DNA of 64,000 nucleotides, from assembly GCA_964187785.1 (NCBI GenBank), contig OZ076409.1, positions 24,864,001 to 24,928,000 of the forward strand. Reading direction: 5' to 3'. The position numbers and the translations under genes were made by a program. Shown one piece after another: positions 1 to 14,082 of this stretch. This DNA is from Amphiscolops sp. MND2022 (taxonomy: Eukaryota). The notes below the pieces were generated by a model. That model was not told the DNA's origin. It was given only the letters and a program-made list of their open reading frames with translations, and did no database searches. Within the stretch, counting starts at the first letter, position 1. Each line of letters begins with the position of its first letter.

Positions 1-581
1 TTTTACTAAAAAGTAGAAACGAAAAATTTTGCCAGCATAGAGGAATCGTTAGGGTTTTCGGCACTATGCATTTCATCGAAGACATTTTCTCAAAAAAAAT
101 CAGTTGTTTCATCTCAATTTTTGTTTTTTTTTAGGGGTTTTTGGTCAAGAAAACCGTTTTTCCAATTTTCTGGTAACCTCTGATTACTTTTTCAGTCCAC
201 TGGGACAGATCAGTGTTTTCTATCTATTTCTGCAGAAGACCTAGGGCATTTTTTAACAATCTTAGACTTTTTGAAGCAGTTTTTTGGTTTAAAAAAGGTA
301 TCCCTTCACTTTGTAAAAGCGTTTTGCGAAGTTAATGGATTTCTTTGGATTTTTGGCACTTTGATACTTTTATCGAAAAGCCCGAATTGCAAAATGACGT
401 TTTTGTTGTTTGCCATTAGGGGAAAAGTTGTTTTCGAATCTCATGCTTATGCCTTCCGTTTTCGTTTTCTAGGTCTTGTAAAATTGAATAAAAAATCAAC
501 AACGTCGTCCTTTCGCATCTTCAAAAAGTTACCTCTTTAGAACTTTGAGCGAGCGTCGACTTGGGGCATTCCCGGCTTGTT
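1..581 (+). mobile_element. 3' part of a non-autonomous Helentron/DINE-1-like interspersed repeat
   Basis: Ends ...GCGTCGACTTGGGGCATTCCCGGCTTGTT at 581. This is the reverse complement of the AACAAGCCGGGAA(C/T)GGCCCAAGTCGGCGCC terminus at 26668, 32033 and, diverged, 53131 and 61311. The left boundary is not resolved. Confidence 0.6.
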
Positions 582-2167
582 CTTCTTTACACTAGTCTGT
601 TGTTGTATGAATATTTTGTGTTCCAAAAAGATATTTTTTGCTGGAATACTCACAACAATATCTAAATTCATGTAACTGCAACTGCCCGCAACGAAATTTT
701 CAATGCAAAAATTCGTTCAAGGTCTGACGTGGCACCCAAACATGTTAAAGGTTAAAGACCTGTCAGAAATTAAACGGCAAAAAGCAGAAGACGCCGCCCG
801 CGAAGAACGAGCACAAGAGACCGCTGTATAGACGTCTATTCCATCTGCAGAACACGGTATTGTGCCCATCCCTGGGAGATTAACGTTGCTTTCGTAGCAG
901 AAACCAGTGTTCCCTATGCTTGCCTAAGAATTCCCACGGTGTCCTGTGTGGTGACTAGCGCTAGCGCTGGGAAGCCGAGGTCAATTTCCATCGAGTGACT
1001 CAAACTCTTGATTTTATAACGTTTTCCTTGCAGTAGATTGATATGCTCGAGAGCTGCCCTTAACATCTGTATTTGTTTACCTAATTTGGCGATTTTATCA
1101 GATTCTCCAAGACTATGGTTCAACCTTCTCTAGTTTTCAGCACCCTTTTTAGAGGCTAGTTGAGCAGTGGTCTTGAGTCATGCAAGATGCCTGTTACTTT
1201 TAGCAGTTACAGACTAGGACCAGGCCAGAGAGTTTCTTACAAGACGGTTCCCCCACCCTGGGACTGGCTCCTTCGGAGGGAAAATGAGCCAGGGCCGCGG
1301 AGATCTAGGTCCCGGATCCTATTCGCTGCTTTGGTTCCTCCATTCTAAGTTGCGGTTCAAGCGCCAGCGCCTATCGTTACATCACGTGTGGTATAAGTTG
1401 TGCCTTTCTTAATTCTGATCGTTTGTGGTCATGTTTTGGTCCATAACAACTTTAGTTGTAGCTTTCCTTGATGTTTCACAATGGCACGTCGCCGTCCAAC
1501 TACCAAAACGGTCTCTAGGGATTATTAACAAAATTCGGTGTCTCAAATCGTTTTGATCCGATCAAAGTCAATTGGAGTACTTGTTTCGGGTTTCTACAGG
1601 TAGTGAATAGTTTTTTTCTGTCATTAGTAATTGCGGTTTATTGCTCTCATTTTTTACAAGGTATGCAGTCTTCACACTTATGTTGTATATCTTTGTCTCA
1701 CTACGACCACGAAAGTGTCGTATAATTGTGTTTCCAGCATCTTTGATATTATATTACGGTCGTCATGGAATGCCACCTCAAATCGTGTGGAAGATTTCTT
1801 TATATGATGTCGGTATTTGCATGCATTTGTTTGGTGGTTTGGCGTTCTAGGACGACTAAAGTATTCAGTAGTTCAGCTTTGTTGGTCGCTCCGTGGCGAT
1901 CATTTTCAAGTCCGTTGAGAGTTGCTGCTAAGTTTGACCGACTGTTTCTTCCGAGTCCCACTTCGTATCGGACTGACAATGGTTCACCTTTCTCATTCAG
2001 ACTTGATATTAACCAGGTGCTCCTAGTAACATTTTGAAGTTTACTGTACATCTGTTGAGTCGTTGCAACTGGTAGATATCGTTTTGATTCGTTTCTTCTG
2101 CGGTTTTGGCTGGTCTCGGTGTCGTTGTATAATTTCTGTTTTTGGGTTGATCTTTGCTTGCTTTGTG

Positions 2168-2367
2168 NNNNNNNNNNNNNNNNNNNNNNNNNNNNNNNNN
2201 NNNNNNNNNNNNNNNNNNNNNNNNNNNNNNNNNNNNNNNNNNNNNNNNNNNNNNNNNNNNNNNNNNNNNNNNNNNNNNNNNNNNNNNNNNNNNNNNNNNN
2301 NNNNNNNNNNNNNNNNNNNNNNNNNNNNNNNNNNNNNNNNNNNNNNNNNNNNNNNNNNNNNNNNNNN
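2168..2367. other. Assembly gap (200 N)
   Basis: Run of N. Confidence 1.
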
Positions 2368-3179
2368 AAAAATCATTCAATTATATCTTTATATGATGTA
2401 ATAGTGACATAGTCTATTTATAGTAACTATGATGTAATATGTATGTGTTTTTGGAATCATGTCACTTTGTTTTAGCCAGGTTACGGTGAATATACACCGT
2501 TTCCACGTTAAATGAAGCACATCAGATGTTAAATGAACAACCAATAGAAATTGATTAGCTTGCTACAGCAAATCTCAAATAATGTGAACGAAATCGCAGC
2601 TTGAATGAAAGTGTAAGCGAATGCCGCATACGATTTTGTGTACATGTACAGCACTCTTTGGTCAGCGTTTGTTAAATTTGAAAGCGTCGTTGGTGATTCT
2701 TATTCGCTAACTCACTTGGAAGCTGATATAGTTCACTTGAATTCTGATTGTAAAGCACTTTTAGTTTGGTGGCCGGTGATTGGCTGAAAATTTGGAACGA
2801 AAGCCGAGACGATTCACTTAAAATCTGATATGCTTCACTCAACGCGGAAACGGTGTATTATATATAGTTGAACGCATTTCCTTTAATACAGTAGCACAGT
2901 TATTTCAATTTGCTATGAAAGCTTCAAAATTGATTTACAACTGAGGATATTACAATTATGCGCATCCGAGTAATATATTAGTTCATGATTAATATCAATG
3001 TATTAATCTAATTGAAATAAAATACTCATAAAAGTACAATAAGTATTCAGTAATTGGTTGCGGTCGAAAGGAGCTAGGTACTGTTCGTTTAAATAGCAAG
3101 GACACCAGGCGGGGAACAGAGTTATCATCCTGGGGACTGACCTGATACCAGTTGCCGTCACAAGCGGCAGCTTGCGATA
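2368..3179 (-). mobile_element. LTR remnant related to the 33.7-49.3 kb Gypsy element (U3 end), cut by the gap
   Basis: The minus strand starts TATCGCAAGCTGCCGCTTGTGACGGC, matching the LTR start TGTCGCAAGCTGCCGCTTGTGACGGC at 35265/49271. It translates to VSQAAACDGNWYQVSPQ, versus VSQAAACDGILYQMMPQ in the main element. Confidence 0.7.
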
Positions 3180-4590
3180 CATACGGATTTAATGTCTTGT
3201 TGGGTTCTTTCCTTGCAACGTAATTAGTTTGAGTCAACTAATTGTCTGAACTCATTTTTATTTTTGGATCCGAATCAACAGAGTTCCATCAGTCAAGCGT
3301 TGTTCATCTCAATTTCTTTCTTTCATTTTGTTTGTTTTTACTTTCAGGGGCTATGATCCCAAGTGTGGCTATCTGCTTTGTACTCATATCGTCTAATTTT
3401 CGGAGCTGGAAGCTCATCCACTCAGCGATTGATTTTTGACAAATCGTGATTTTTCGATGGGCAGCTAAGGTTTGAAAAGATCAATAGTAGTTGGTTGTTT
3501 AGGTTCATCGATCAACTTCTGAATTTTGTTGCCTTTTCCAATATAAACTAACAGTGTTTGTCTTTTTAATTGGGCGTGTTTGCTTTTGGGATGATATTTA
3601 TGATATTATTTTGCATCTTTGTAATAAGTTTCGCATCTTGGGTATTGTTTTTCTTTCACCTGTTTTTTAAGCATATAAGCAGTCGAAAAAAACAATTACC
3701 AAGACGCGAAACTTCATTGACTTGTGCGATTGATCTGAGTTGAGCGACTGCTTTTGACTGATTTGTGTTGGATTGATGAAAATTAAAAACATGACCTAAA
3801 ATAAATAAATATCAGTCCAATCGTTGTTCGAATCGTGGCACGATCGTATAGCGAGCGACTTAATTGAAGGATTACATGTATAAAATTACAACATATTTGT
3901 AGTGCCCTGAATGCAGCGAGGCGAGGAGCCTATTTTTGACCAGCAACAGGTTTTGACGAAGTCTGACCTGGAAGGGCGCGATGCTTTCCGGAAGGAGGCA
4001 GGCCGAATCATGTTGTTTCTCAAGTTTATTTCAAAGTCACAATTTTTTATCGCCAGTAATGTAATCCTTTGAAATTTGACTTTTATTCAAAGGAAATGCC
4101 ATATTCAGATTTTCGATTGTGATCTAGTCTAGTAGCAATATTGGTGTTATACGGTGAAATATACCGAACCGATTAATTCGGATGAGACTGTCAATCAAAC
4201 TTAGTTCTTCTTTTAGACTTTATGTTTATACATATTTGTAAACATAGCGCTACATCTTTTGTAACAAAGAGATATCATTCAGATAGCTATTGTGTTAAAG
4301 AGAAGACTACTAAACTTTGCTTTTCGTTTAGACAAAACTTTTAACAAAACCTTTCTTGTTTTCTTACTTAACCAAGAAATAGAACAATTGGAAATTGTTG
4401 TTTTAACTCCAAAACATTGTTTCAAAGTAAAGCCACCCTTTACCCTCTAGTCCCGAATTGGTAGCAATTGACTAATATTCATAAATCAATTCGTCATTTC
4501 GACTGGTTATACACGCAACGAACGAAAGTTGCTGTATCAAGCGTTAGGTATGCCAAAAAATGACGTCATTTAGGCTAGGTGTCTCCTCAC

Positions 4591-4799
4591 CTGAAGGAAT
4601 AGAATGAGGGGCACCCATTGGTAGTATTGCAGTTCGAATTGTTTGTACTTGTTGATGGCTGCGTCGTATTTATCCAGGGTAATGTCATGGTGGGTGTTCA
4701 GGGGAGCGTAGAACGTGTTACTCACCCAACAGTAGGCGTCGCTGTAGGCCACCCACTGCGAGTTGAAATTGTTGGGCGACCAGCAGATGATGGAGTCTC
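4591..4799 (-). CDS. Innexin (gap-junction/pannexin family), coding exon 2
   Basis: Encodes (G)DSIICWSPNNFNSQWVAYSDAYCWVSNTFY...QYYQWVPLILFLQ, with two extracellular-loop Cys and the innexin YYQWVP signature. Acceptor ttttctctgcAG at 4801-4800; donor GTGAGG at 4590 (phase 0). Later exons were not found in the window. Confidence 0.93.
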
Positions 4800-4939
4800 C
4801 TGCAGAGAAAAACAAGGTGTTAGGTGACGTCATCAGTCGATACGACAAGTTGCTGTCAACTTCAAAACTTGATGCCCTTGGTTACGAACAGAAGACTTCG
4901 GATTTGTCCAAAATTAAAGAACTTCTATATAAATACAAT

Positions 4940-5548
4940 CAACAGTAAAAATCCGATTTAAATCAAGATTTAAATCAAAGCCTTTTTGGTTGATTTTTTT
5001 TCTAGTGTATATTTGTATGTAGTGAAAGAAATTGAAATTTTGTATTTTTCGTTTTCATATTAAGCAGAAGCATCAATCCAACGATCCTTCTAGCGGTTTG
5101 AATAGGAATACACGTTAAATTACAATTTAATACATTGTTCAGCGTGCTCTTTCAATGATTCCGGCAGACTGGTGGAAGTTACTGGACGTCGAAAAGGATG
5201 TACTGGATACTATTCAGTGTATCCTGAGCTGTTCACCCTCAACGGCGGACCTAGAGAGAATTTTTTCAACTACAGTTGGGTACATTCCAAGGAGCGCAAT
5301 CGCCTAGGAGTGGAAAAATCAGCAAAGCTGGTTTTCGTTCTGAAAACCCTGAACATGTCCCGATGATTGTGGAGTATTATATTATGCTTTCTATGAGTAT
5401 CTATTTGTATGAAGGGTTGCGCAGTAAAAATGTTTTCAAACTAACACTGTAGGTGACTTTGATTTAAATTTAAAAAAATCCGATTTAAATAAAAAAACCG
5501 AATTTTTGATTTTTTTAAAAATAAAAATCCGATTTTTTTCCAACACTG
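4940..5548 (+). mobile_element. Non-autonomous hAT deletion derivative retaining the C-terminal dimerisation-domain remnant
   Basis: 8-bp TSD AATACAAT at 4932-4939 and 5549-5556. The right end is TTTTCCAACACTG, with subterminal AAAATCCGATTT repeats. Internal frameshifted peptide IPADWWK...SPSTADLERIF/YSWVHSKERNRLGVEKSAKLVFVLKTLN is typical of the hAT dimerisation domain. Confidence 0.8.
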
Positions 5549-5818
5549 AATACAATGCAGACCAACGAGGGCATAATGCCTATTGAGAACTTGTTGTCAG
5601 AAGTTTCGACTGCCTTTTAGCTTTGTTCAGCAAAAAAAAGAAAGGAAATCTTGAACTTTTTTGTAAACATTTCAAAACAAACTGATGATTACAAACGAAA
5701 CTACGAAAAAAAATCAAAAATGAAAATAGTATGGGCGTCGGTGCCATTCCGCGATTCTGAAACTACATGTATGCTATGAAGTTGCTCGACTTATATTAGA
5801 AATATTTTGAAGTTTAAC

Positions 5819-5969
5819 TGAATCGAGTTGTGCTTATGACTCAAGTATCGGGTTTCCACAGTAAGAGAAAGATTTGAATAAAAGCCAACCCAAATGAATC
5901 GAGTTGTGCTTATGACTCAAGTATCGGGTTTCCACAGTAAAAGAAATATTTGAATAAAAGCCAACCCAA
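5819..5969. repeat. Two-copy tandem duplication, ~76-bp unit
   Basis: TGAATCGAGTTGTGCTTATGACTCAAG...AAAAGCCAACCCAA occurs at 5819 and 5895. Confidence 0.9.
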
Positions 5970-8900
5970 TGGCAAGAAAATTAAATCGTAAAATTTGCAT
6001 ACGACACTTCGATAGGAAACTTACTTGAAAGCAAAACATGAATGTGTCTGTATATTAGGAACTTCCGAAGTGAACAAACTCTATGCAATTGCTTGAAAAA
6101 GTTTGAGTCAATCTGTGTTGACGCCTCCGGTCGGTCAATAATTACATTTGATCTCAATAAAAATGGATCTTTTGATAGGTACTGAAGGTACACAAAAAGT
6201 CATTGTAGAAATTGAGGCCCACTACAATTCATTATCAAGAAACCAAGACTTATTAGTGTGAAATGGTCCTACTCGAAGTAATTAGGGAAGCCCTCAAACA
6301 ATTATCATGCAAGTCACCTAGGTCACACATTGGCTCTACTTTGATTCGTAATATCTTTACGACACTAAGACTCTACCATCCACTGTCAACAGACTTCCGG
6401 CGAGACAACGAAACTTGGCAGATGGTCTCGGAAAAGCATACAAATGGTTGGGTAAACTTACTTTCATTTATTTTCACACTTTGTGGGGGTTACAATAATT
6501 AACTGCGGAACACGTCAACGAAGTCATAAAAACAAAATTGAAGTTTATCTGAAGGTTCGATTCTTGGACTGGACTTGATCTTTTTCGCGACAATAGGTCG
6601 CGTTTCAATTCATTTTATATGTTAGTTTTTTTTCAATCACACTCCGAACATTTTTCAAAAAAGTCGTTCTACCAAGCATAGCTAGTCTACATACGTACAC
6701 ACTTACTACTAGTAGTAGTCGTTCACGAGATCCATCAACAGCAGAAAATATTCCGGTGCTTGGCGTCTAACTGCTGATAGGAATAGAAAGAGACTAAGCG
6801 TTTGTTTGTTCACAAACTTTGACATGCTCTAATTTTTTTACACCGAAAATAGAGTTTCACAGAATGCAGCAAACGAATCAGGTTCGTACCTCGTGTATTC
6901 ATGCAGTTATGGTGTCTTTGAAAGAAATTGCATGGAGTCTTGTGTGAGAAAAAATAATTTTGCCTTCTGTAGTACAAGTCAATGTAGAGCGACTTCATTA
7001 TTTCAAACTTAATACTTTTGTTACTAACTGTTCAACACAAAAGCATGACGATAAACATGTTATGTACCCCGTACTTCGATTTTCCCTTGTAAATATCTTA
7101 GCACCCCATTTTTGTGTGAACGAAGAACTTTTGTTTGTCAATTTTGTCTAAAAAGGAATCAGGAAGGGAAGTGTGCACTTTGCCATTGCTAATTTACTTT
7201 ACACAAAAAAACTGTTCAAAAGAACTGCAGAATATTACGCAACGAAATGTTCCGTAGTCGGGTGTTTGGACAAGAATTTCGTTTTTTGTAATTGCAGGTG
7301 GAGTCCAACAAGGATTGCGACAAAAATGCAATAATTGCGTCCACAAAAATTCCTGTTAATTGGGTATTTCGCAAGTCAGAATTTCTTCCAATTAGTCATT
7401 TTTGTTCCTCTTTTCAGCAATTGCGAAAGGTTTCGAATGATGAGGAGAAATGACGGAAATTTCTCGGCTGATTATTTTATCACAAATTTTGTTTTCCCAA
7501 ATAGTAAAGCGGTTTTACAGTAAACTATAAAAAAATGTACTAGCACCAAATTGAGTTACACCGACATGATTTTCCTGAAATTAACTTTTGAAATGTGTGT
7601 GAATGCTTTGAAGTGTTTGATTGCTAAATGCAGTACATGGTAAATAACCGGAACGGTTCGATTAGGCGCCACGCATAAAAGTTGATAGCATCTAAAGGAA
7701 ACCTTTGATGTTATGCTAATGTTGTTTCCTATGTTTGAAGTCTCTAATTTGAGTAAATGTTGACTGCGCAATTTTAACACAATTTCTAAGAACACCCCCG
7801 AACCACTCAGTAAAATTTTTTAACGAAATACCTTCTTTCCAATTCATTCACCCAACCAAAAGATAATCCAATGATATGCAAACAGTTTCCAATTCACGTT
7901 CGTTGAAATTGAAAAGAAATTGATGATTTTTTGACAAATTTGATTTCTCAACTAAGTCCAAAAGCTGACTCTCAGATTTACCTGTCATGGAATTCCAACC
8001 ATGATTCATCATGCATAATTGGTGGGTTTGCATGCTGATAATCATTTCAAGATCATGGAATGATGTCGATGGTTCATGAATGATCATGAATCAAGATTTC
8101 AAGATTACTAGGCCCATGGCTATGAGGAAATATGCTTCCCATTGTATCAAAAAAGGGCCGGATTTGTTTTAAACTAGCTCGCATTGTTTCGACGTTTTCC
8201 AGACGTGAAAGAACAGTTCACTGAGGAAATTTTAGCTCACATTTTGCCAAACAAATGTGTTTTGAATTCCAGAAGATTAGCCCGTTACGCAAAAACAAAA
8301 AATTCACCGAAAAAAATCAACCAGCCAACTAACGTTTAACGATGACTAAAATCTCATACTGACTTAGCATGTCTTCGGTTTGATTATCTGGTTTTCAAAA
8401 ACATTTCATCATGGTCTGATTAGATAGACGATTATTATTTTTGAAGATAAATTGTCTTAATCTAAATTAACTGGCGAATTGGGCACAATTTTACAGTGAC
8501 ACTGCAATGCCAAATTAATAAAATTTTCATCTGTCCTTCCGGATTTCGCAACAAAAGTTCACTTTTCTGAAAGGTTCAAGTCAAAATTCTCCCGCAATTT
8601 CTACCATTAGCTCTTCCAACGTGTCAACTCCCTTGACAGGGGGTAATCATCCTGAGAATAATTAATGAGGTTTTTTGGTGTTGCCTGAAGTGTCAGTCAA
8701 GCAGGAAATCGCCCATTTTCTTTGGAGTTTGACCACTGATGTAATATAAGAATATAAAAAGTGATAACAAAAACAAAAAGCTATTGTTTGTTTTGTGATG
8801 AGATTTGTTGCGATGTTTTTAGTGAAAGCTGAAACTTTGCAGCTCAAAAGTTCACAAAGGTCAAGTTTTGAACAGCTAGTAGCACATTCATTAAACGAAT

Positions 8901-9949
8901 GTTCACAGATTAAATTTTATAGATTAAAATTCAGAGTTGTTTTCGGGGGAGGTGAATGATTGGATGGAAACACAAAAAATGTGTTTAGCAACACAAACAA
9001 AAGCAGAAAACGACACTATTGAGCTTCACTGGAGCAAAAATATTGTGGAAAATTCCAGTAATAAGGCAGAAAATCTCGAACTTTTCTCATGCAGAAACAA
9101 AAACAGTCAAAGGAGTTTCTTGACTTTGCTTTTAAAATTATCAGTGAAAGAACTGTTCACTGAAAAAAAATTAGCTCACGTTGTCAAGTATGCGGAAACA
9201 ACGCGTCAAAAATAAAGGGCGGAAAACAGGTCAAAACAGGACGGAAAACAGGACGGAAAATTAACTCGTCCAATCATAAGTGAGTGCAAACTCTCGATCA
9301 ATTAGATTACCATCAGGAACTACCTAGTGACAATTATGGATTAATTTTCTTTAATTGATGCGTGAAATGTTCAGTTTTATGCATAATGAAGATTTTCACT
9401 GAAATAATTGCTTGAAATGTTTCACTTCTAGAGTTTATTGTGTAAGGTTGGGCGACAATTCGTCCCAAGCGACAGTTCGTTCCAAATTCCAAAAACCGAC
9501 AATTCGTCCCAAGCGACAAATCGTCGTATTTTGAAGTATGCGCCCTGCCAAAGGCTAAAAAGCGCAAAGAACTACTTTCTAAAAGGCTTTTCGGCTACTG
9601 TAGGTTTTTTAAACTGAAAACAAAAATATAAACGGGGACACTTTAGTCAGAAAAAATCATGAAATGTTGCACAGTTTCATAAAATCATGAATGAGGAACG
9701 CTTAGCTAGCGTCTGGCCTCGAAAACTGCGTGCTAGATGTTGTTAAATGTTGTTCCAGGACGCTACGAAGCCATTAAGAAAGAACTTGAACAAACACAAG
9801 AATAAAAATAGCCATAATAGTGACAGTTGGAGAAAAAAGTTATATAATTTCATCGAAAACGCGCTGACTAAAAACACCATGCCCTTCTTCTGCTACAAGA
9901 GCTGTCTTTCACTTTCCGGGAACTATTGAGTTTGTTAAACGAATCGTGG

Positions 9950-10330
9950 TATTACGGCTACTTATCGGAGTGCTTTTGGAAGTAGTCGCTTTTGATTTTA
10001 TAGGAGTTGAAGTTGATGCAGGATGTGTATTTTCCTTTTCAGAATCGGAGTCTTCTAAGTTTTGGGGATTTGTTGATTTTTTAACAGTAAGAGCTATGAG
10101 TCTCAAGCATTCCTTTTGGTTTTCAGCTAAGATTTTTGTTAGATCGGACATTATCTCCTTTCTCAGTGACGTTTTGATTTCGTCTAGTTTCTCAGCTTAA
10201 GTTTTTTAGGAGATTTAAGAGTGCCGTCCACTAGGTTTTCAGTTTGACTATTTTCAGCTACCGAAGCTTCAAAATTTCCTGATACTAGTTCAGTTACAGA
10301 TTTTTTCTTTTGACTTCTAGTTGTCAGTTT
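9950..10330 (-). pseudogene. Decayed gag-like N-terminus / LTR-end remnant of another LTR-retrotransposon family
   Basis: The minus strand reads (L)TTRSQKKKSVTELVSGNFEAS...RKEIMSDLTKILAENQKECLRLIA...STPISSRN with disruptions. It has the same basic N-terminus plus coiled-coil layout as the LTR-borne ORFs at 34364 and 54456. Confidence 0.5.
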
Positions 10331-13300
10331 TTTCAATTAGAAAAGAGGAGGATCTTTGGAATCAATGAAATCTTCAAAGAAAAGTATTTCTTGTTTTATA
10401 AACGTTGAATGCAACAAACAAAAACAATGAACAGTTGACTAACTGATTATTCTACAAAAACCAACATATTCATACTGACCAGCATCATTTGTTCCTCACT
10501 TGAAAATTCCTAGTTATCGTAAAAATTGGTTTTGTTCACCAAAAAACCCTGATGATTCAAATCATTTCAGTCCTGCGTCGTAAAATCAGGTATCAAATTC
10601 CTAGTTAAGTCGTTTATTTGTCACTTTTGTTGAAATCATTTTAGTTCAAGTTTGTGCTATTCCTGTTTGGAGTTTAGAATGGCGGCAAAATGAAACCTTG
10701 TTAAATATTTTATTCGACAAAAGCACGCCGGTGCTATGAAGTAGCCATTTTCCAAGTTGGGAACTCTAGAAAGACAAAAATATGACAAGCAAAAAAACGA
10801 CGCAGCTAAAACGTAGCACAAAATTATGAATATGAAAAAATTTCAAAACTGGTCAAAGGGGAACAAACGATGCTGAGCAATTTTACAGAAATTGTATGAT
10901 CTAGATAGATGTACCTCAAAGGCTACGTTCCCCCAACGAAGACGAGCCAATCAACATAAAATACAAAACTCAGTATTACAAATACTGCGCTCCCTTAACG
11001 GAACCAACTCGAACAACATAAAATACAAAATTCATGAGTACCATTACTATCATCGCTTTCCATAGTTCAAAAGTAACTGTAAAATTCAATCACGACAACT
11101 GTAAATGTTAACTAAGACAATACTACAAGGTCAGCACTGGATTAGAATAATTAACATCATTGTATTGTGGATCTATACGGAGTACAAGCGAAAAATCACA
11201 GGCATATCTTCACATTATTATCACATTTTATTTGAGTAACAAATTTGCCACTCCTTCACTGACAACGAAGACGTTAACGTTGCATCTTGGATCATTTACT
11301 TTGTTGTGTCTTATAACCATAATAAAACATTCGATCTAAGGATATACGTTATATCGTGGTCAACATCGTAATATGAAAACCAGACAATTTCGAGATGATG
11401 CTTACGGCTTCATGATTCTTCCTTTCAGTACAGCTTTTGTCAGAACTATTCTCAAGACCCTTATAATCTGTTATTTTCTTGAAAAAACCCTTTTAAAACC
11501 TGCCGAAAATTTCATAAGCTTCATATTCGTGGTCACAAGTTTACAATCGCTCCGTAGCGTCTCCGTACGTATTAAGATTAGTATAGCTGAGCAGCGGTTA
11601 AGGGAGAAAACGCGGAGTGCGTAGGGGTGCAAATTCATTCTCTGAGCTCGTGACTTCTCAACAAAGCATTCTTATTGAGCTGAGGGCAAACAATTTAGTT
11701 AAGAGACGACTCTATTGGTCCATAGAAAAAAAACACCGGTTACTAGCTCTGTTGAGTGACGTTGTCATAACGTTGTAACTACTTGCTTAAAATGCTTGAC
11801 TGTAATTTAAGCGGATTCTAACAACTTCTTCAGTACTGGAAAACAACCCACTATACTATTTTGTATGTTTGTTTCATTTTAGATCGTATGAGTTTCGTGG
11901 GAATCACGGTATTAAGTATTGTTTTTGATGTTTCAATTCAGGGTGAAAAAAACTAATTTCTTTCTGAATTTTATTCTCTGTTTTGATATTTAGATTAGTA
12001 TGGAAATCCTAATAGACGAAACGGGAAGCAAAAATGATCACGCGTAAAAATTGTTAGACCGGAAGTTTTTGTTGGATCGAAATTCATTCTCTAAAATGTT
12101 CCGTTAGCCTCACGTTAATTTTTGTGATCCAGGAAATTTCTTTCAACTCAATTAGCTGTACTGTAAGTAGAATTTAATAGACTAACACTTTAGTAGTTTC
12201 TTCCGTGCCGGACTCCTCTAGCAAATTTATGTATGCCTTCATGGCATTGCAGGTGAAACACCGACCGGGAGCGGGCGGTGACACGTGGAACCGACATATT
12301 GGATCCTGGCACATCGCTTGGAGCATTTAGTCGTTGTTTAGGGCTACTTCAATTATCTCAAACACTTTTTTGGGCTTTAGCAAGATGAATCTTGCTTGAA
12401 CTTTTGGATGCAAACATGATACTGAAGCTCAAGATGAAAAAAGTGTTCGAAGGGATAGTGATATAAACAAAATAACCATGCAACGCGAGGAATTGAGGAA
12501 ACAAACGAGCTTCTTCGTTTCAAACTGTCTTATTTCAAAAGGTTGTTCACAACGAAAACTACCGGTAACGGCAGATGCGAAGCGAAAGGTTTAAAAAGCG
12601 AACCTGCAGAATAATAATTGATGAATCAATATTCAGCTGTATGTAACACAGAACTAATTGGCTTCGAAAGGTGAATACGAAATAGTGAAACCGTTTCAAA
12701 ATACTCGAAACATTTCAAAAGATTTCAAAAATCCTTTTCTTCATAGTAAAGTACTAATGAATGGTTTCCTTGTCGTTTTCTAAATTCTTGATTATCTTGT
12801 TTTTCGGATGAAATTTTCCCATTCATTAAAAAACCCACTGGAAAGTTATTGTTCAAAAATTTAACGGGAAATATTCATCATACTCAAAAATACGAGACCG
12901 TCAAAAGTCGACGCTACAGTCAATGCTCAAAACGCTCGAGCAGTCCATTGAATATGCCCAAGGGTGGCTATCAAAAGTAACTAGAAAAACTTCACAGTGC
13001 GGAAATACTCAGAAAGGAGCCCTTCCAAATTGATAAATGCATAAAGAAAAAGATGTTCAGAAGTCTAAAGCGTAAAGATTCGAAACCACGAACTATTGTT
13101 CCAGTGCCACTCGTGTTAATTGCCAAGTGGCAAGGCAAACAGACGGCGTGAGCAAAGCTAGTTCAAAAAGTGGACCATGCAGATAGATTCGGCCATCTGA
13201 CAAAAAAACAGCCACTGTAATAGTGGGGCACAATTCTCACCAAATGCACCGCCTAAGAAATGATGATTGAAACAGTCGTAGAAATAACTTTTTTGTCCCA

Positions 13301-14082
13301 ATTCGAGATTCTCATTGCAGCATTGAGGTTTTGAATAGGTATGATAAGTTTATAAAAGAACAAACAGGTTTTTAGATCCTGAGCTTTGATATTCCACTTA
13401 ACGTTTTCCTTTATTACTGAAAACTTTGATGTATTTCTGAAGTGGGATCGTATCTCAATTTTGGACGTCACTGTTAATATTAAAAGTGATTCGACTCGAA
13501 ATTTCAGGACACAGTACTCAGTCGAACAAGAAACAAGTTTGGTAAGAAATTATTAAACCTTTAGAGAGTGTTGATCGTTTCCATTTCATCTCCGGTTACT
13601 CTAGGAAAGCTTGAAGAAACTCTGGTTTTATTGTTTACTGGGTATTCAAATATAAAATGTCGGCAGTTTAATGGACCTTTTCTTCAAGCTTTTTGGTGTA
13701 AAAATAAAGTGGGTTCCATCGAAATGACAATGTCCTTGGCTGTTGTTGGACATCATAAGTGTTTTGGAATTGGATTACATTCGAATAGATAGACACCATA
13801 GAAAGTTCACATTCTTGAAACTGGGCGTTCTTATTGTTAAAAATTTTCGGATTTTTTCTCAGAAAAAATTCACTTCAATAAGTTGCATTTTAGTGTGGTT
13901 CGAAAGTGCCGAAAAAACTAAAAGTGACCATCTATGCTCGCAAAACGCTTTGTTTCTGCTGGAAATCCGGGGAGTTTAGGTTTGAAAAAATTGTGCAAAA
14001 AGTCGCAAAGTGCTGATATAACTAAAGGATGACCATTTGGTCTCACCCTACTTTTGCAAACATAAAAGTTTTTTGCTTTATT

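Noticed and set aside
780..2167. More GC-rich stretch with short ORFs and splice-like sites as a further innexin exon or another gene
   Set aside because: No innexin TM2-onward peptide or other recognisable domain was found in the frames I checked.
2009..2412. ORFs spanning N runs (also 53041-53469)
   Set aside because: Artefacts of translating assembly gaps.
6000..7500. Possible LINE RT remnants (SEGSILG-like near 6550, GVQQG near 7300)
   Set aside because: Only isolated short motifs; too decayed to support a call.
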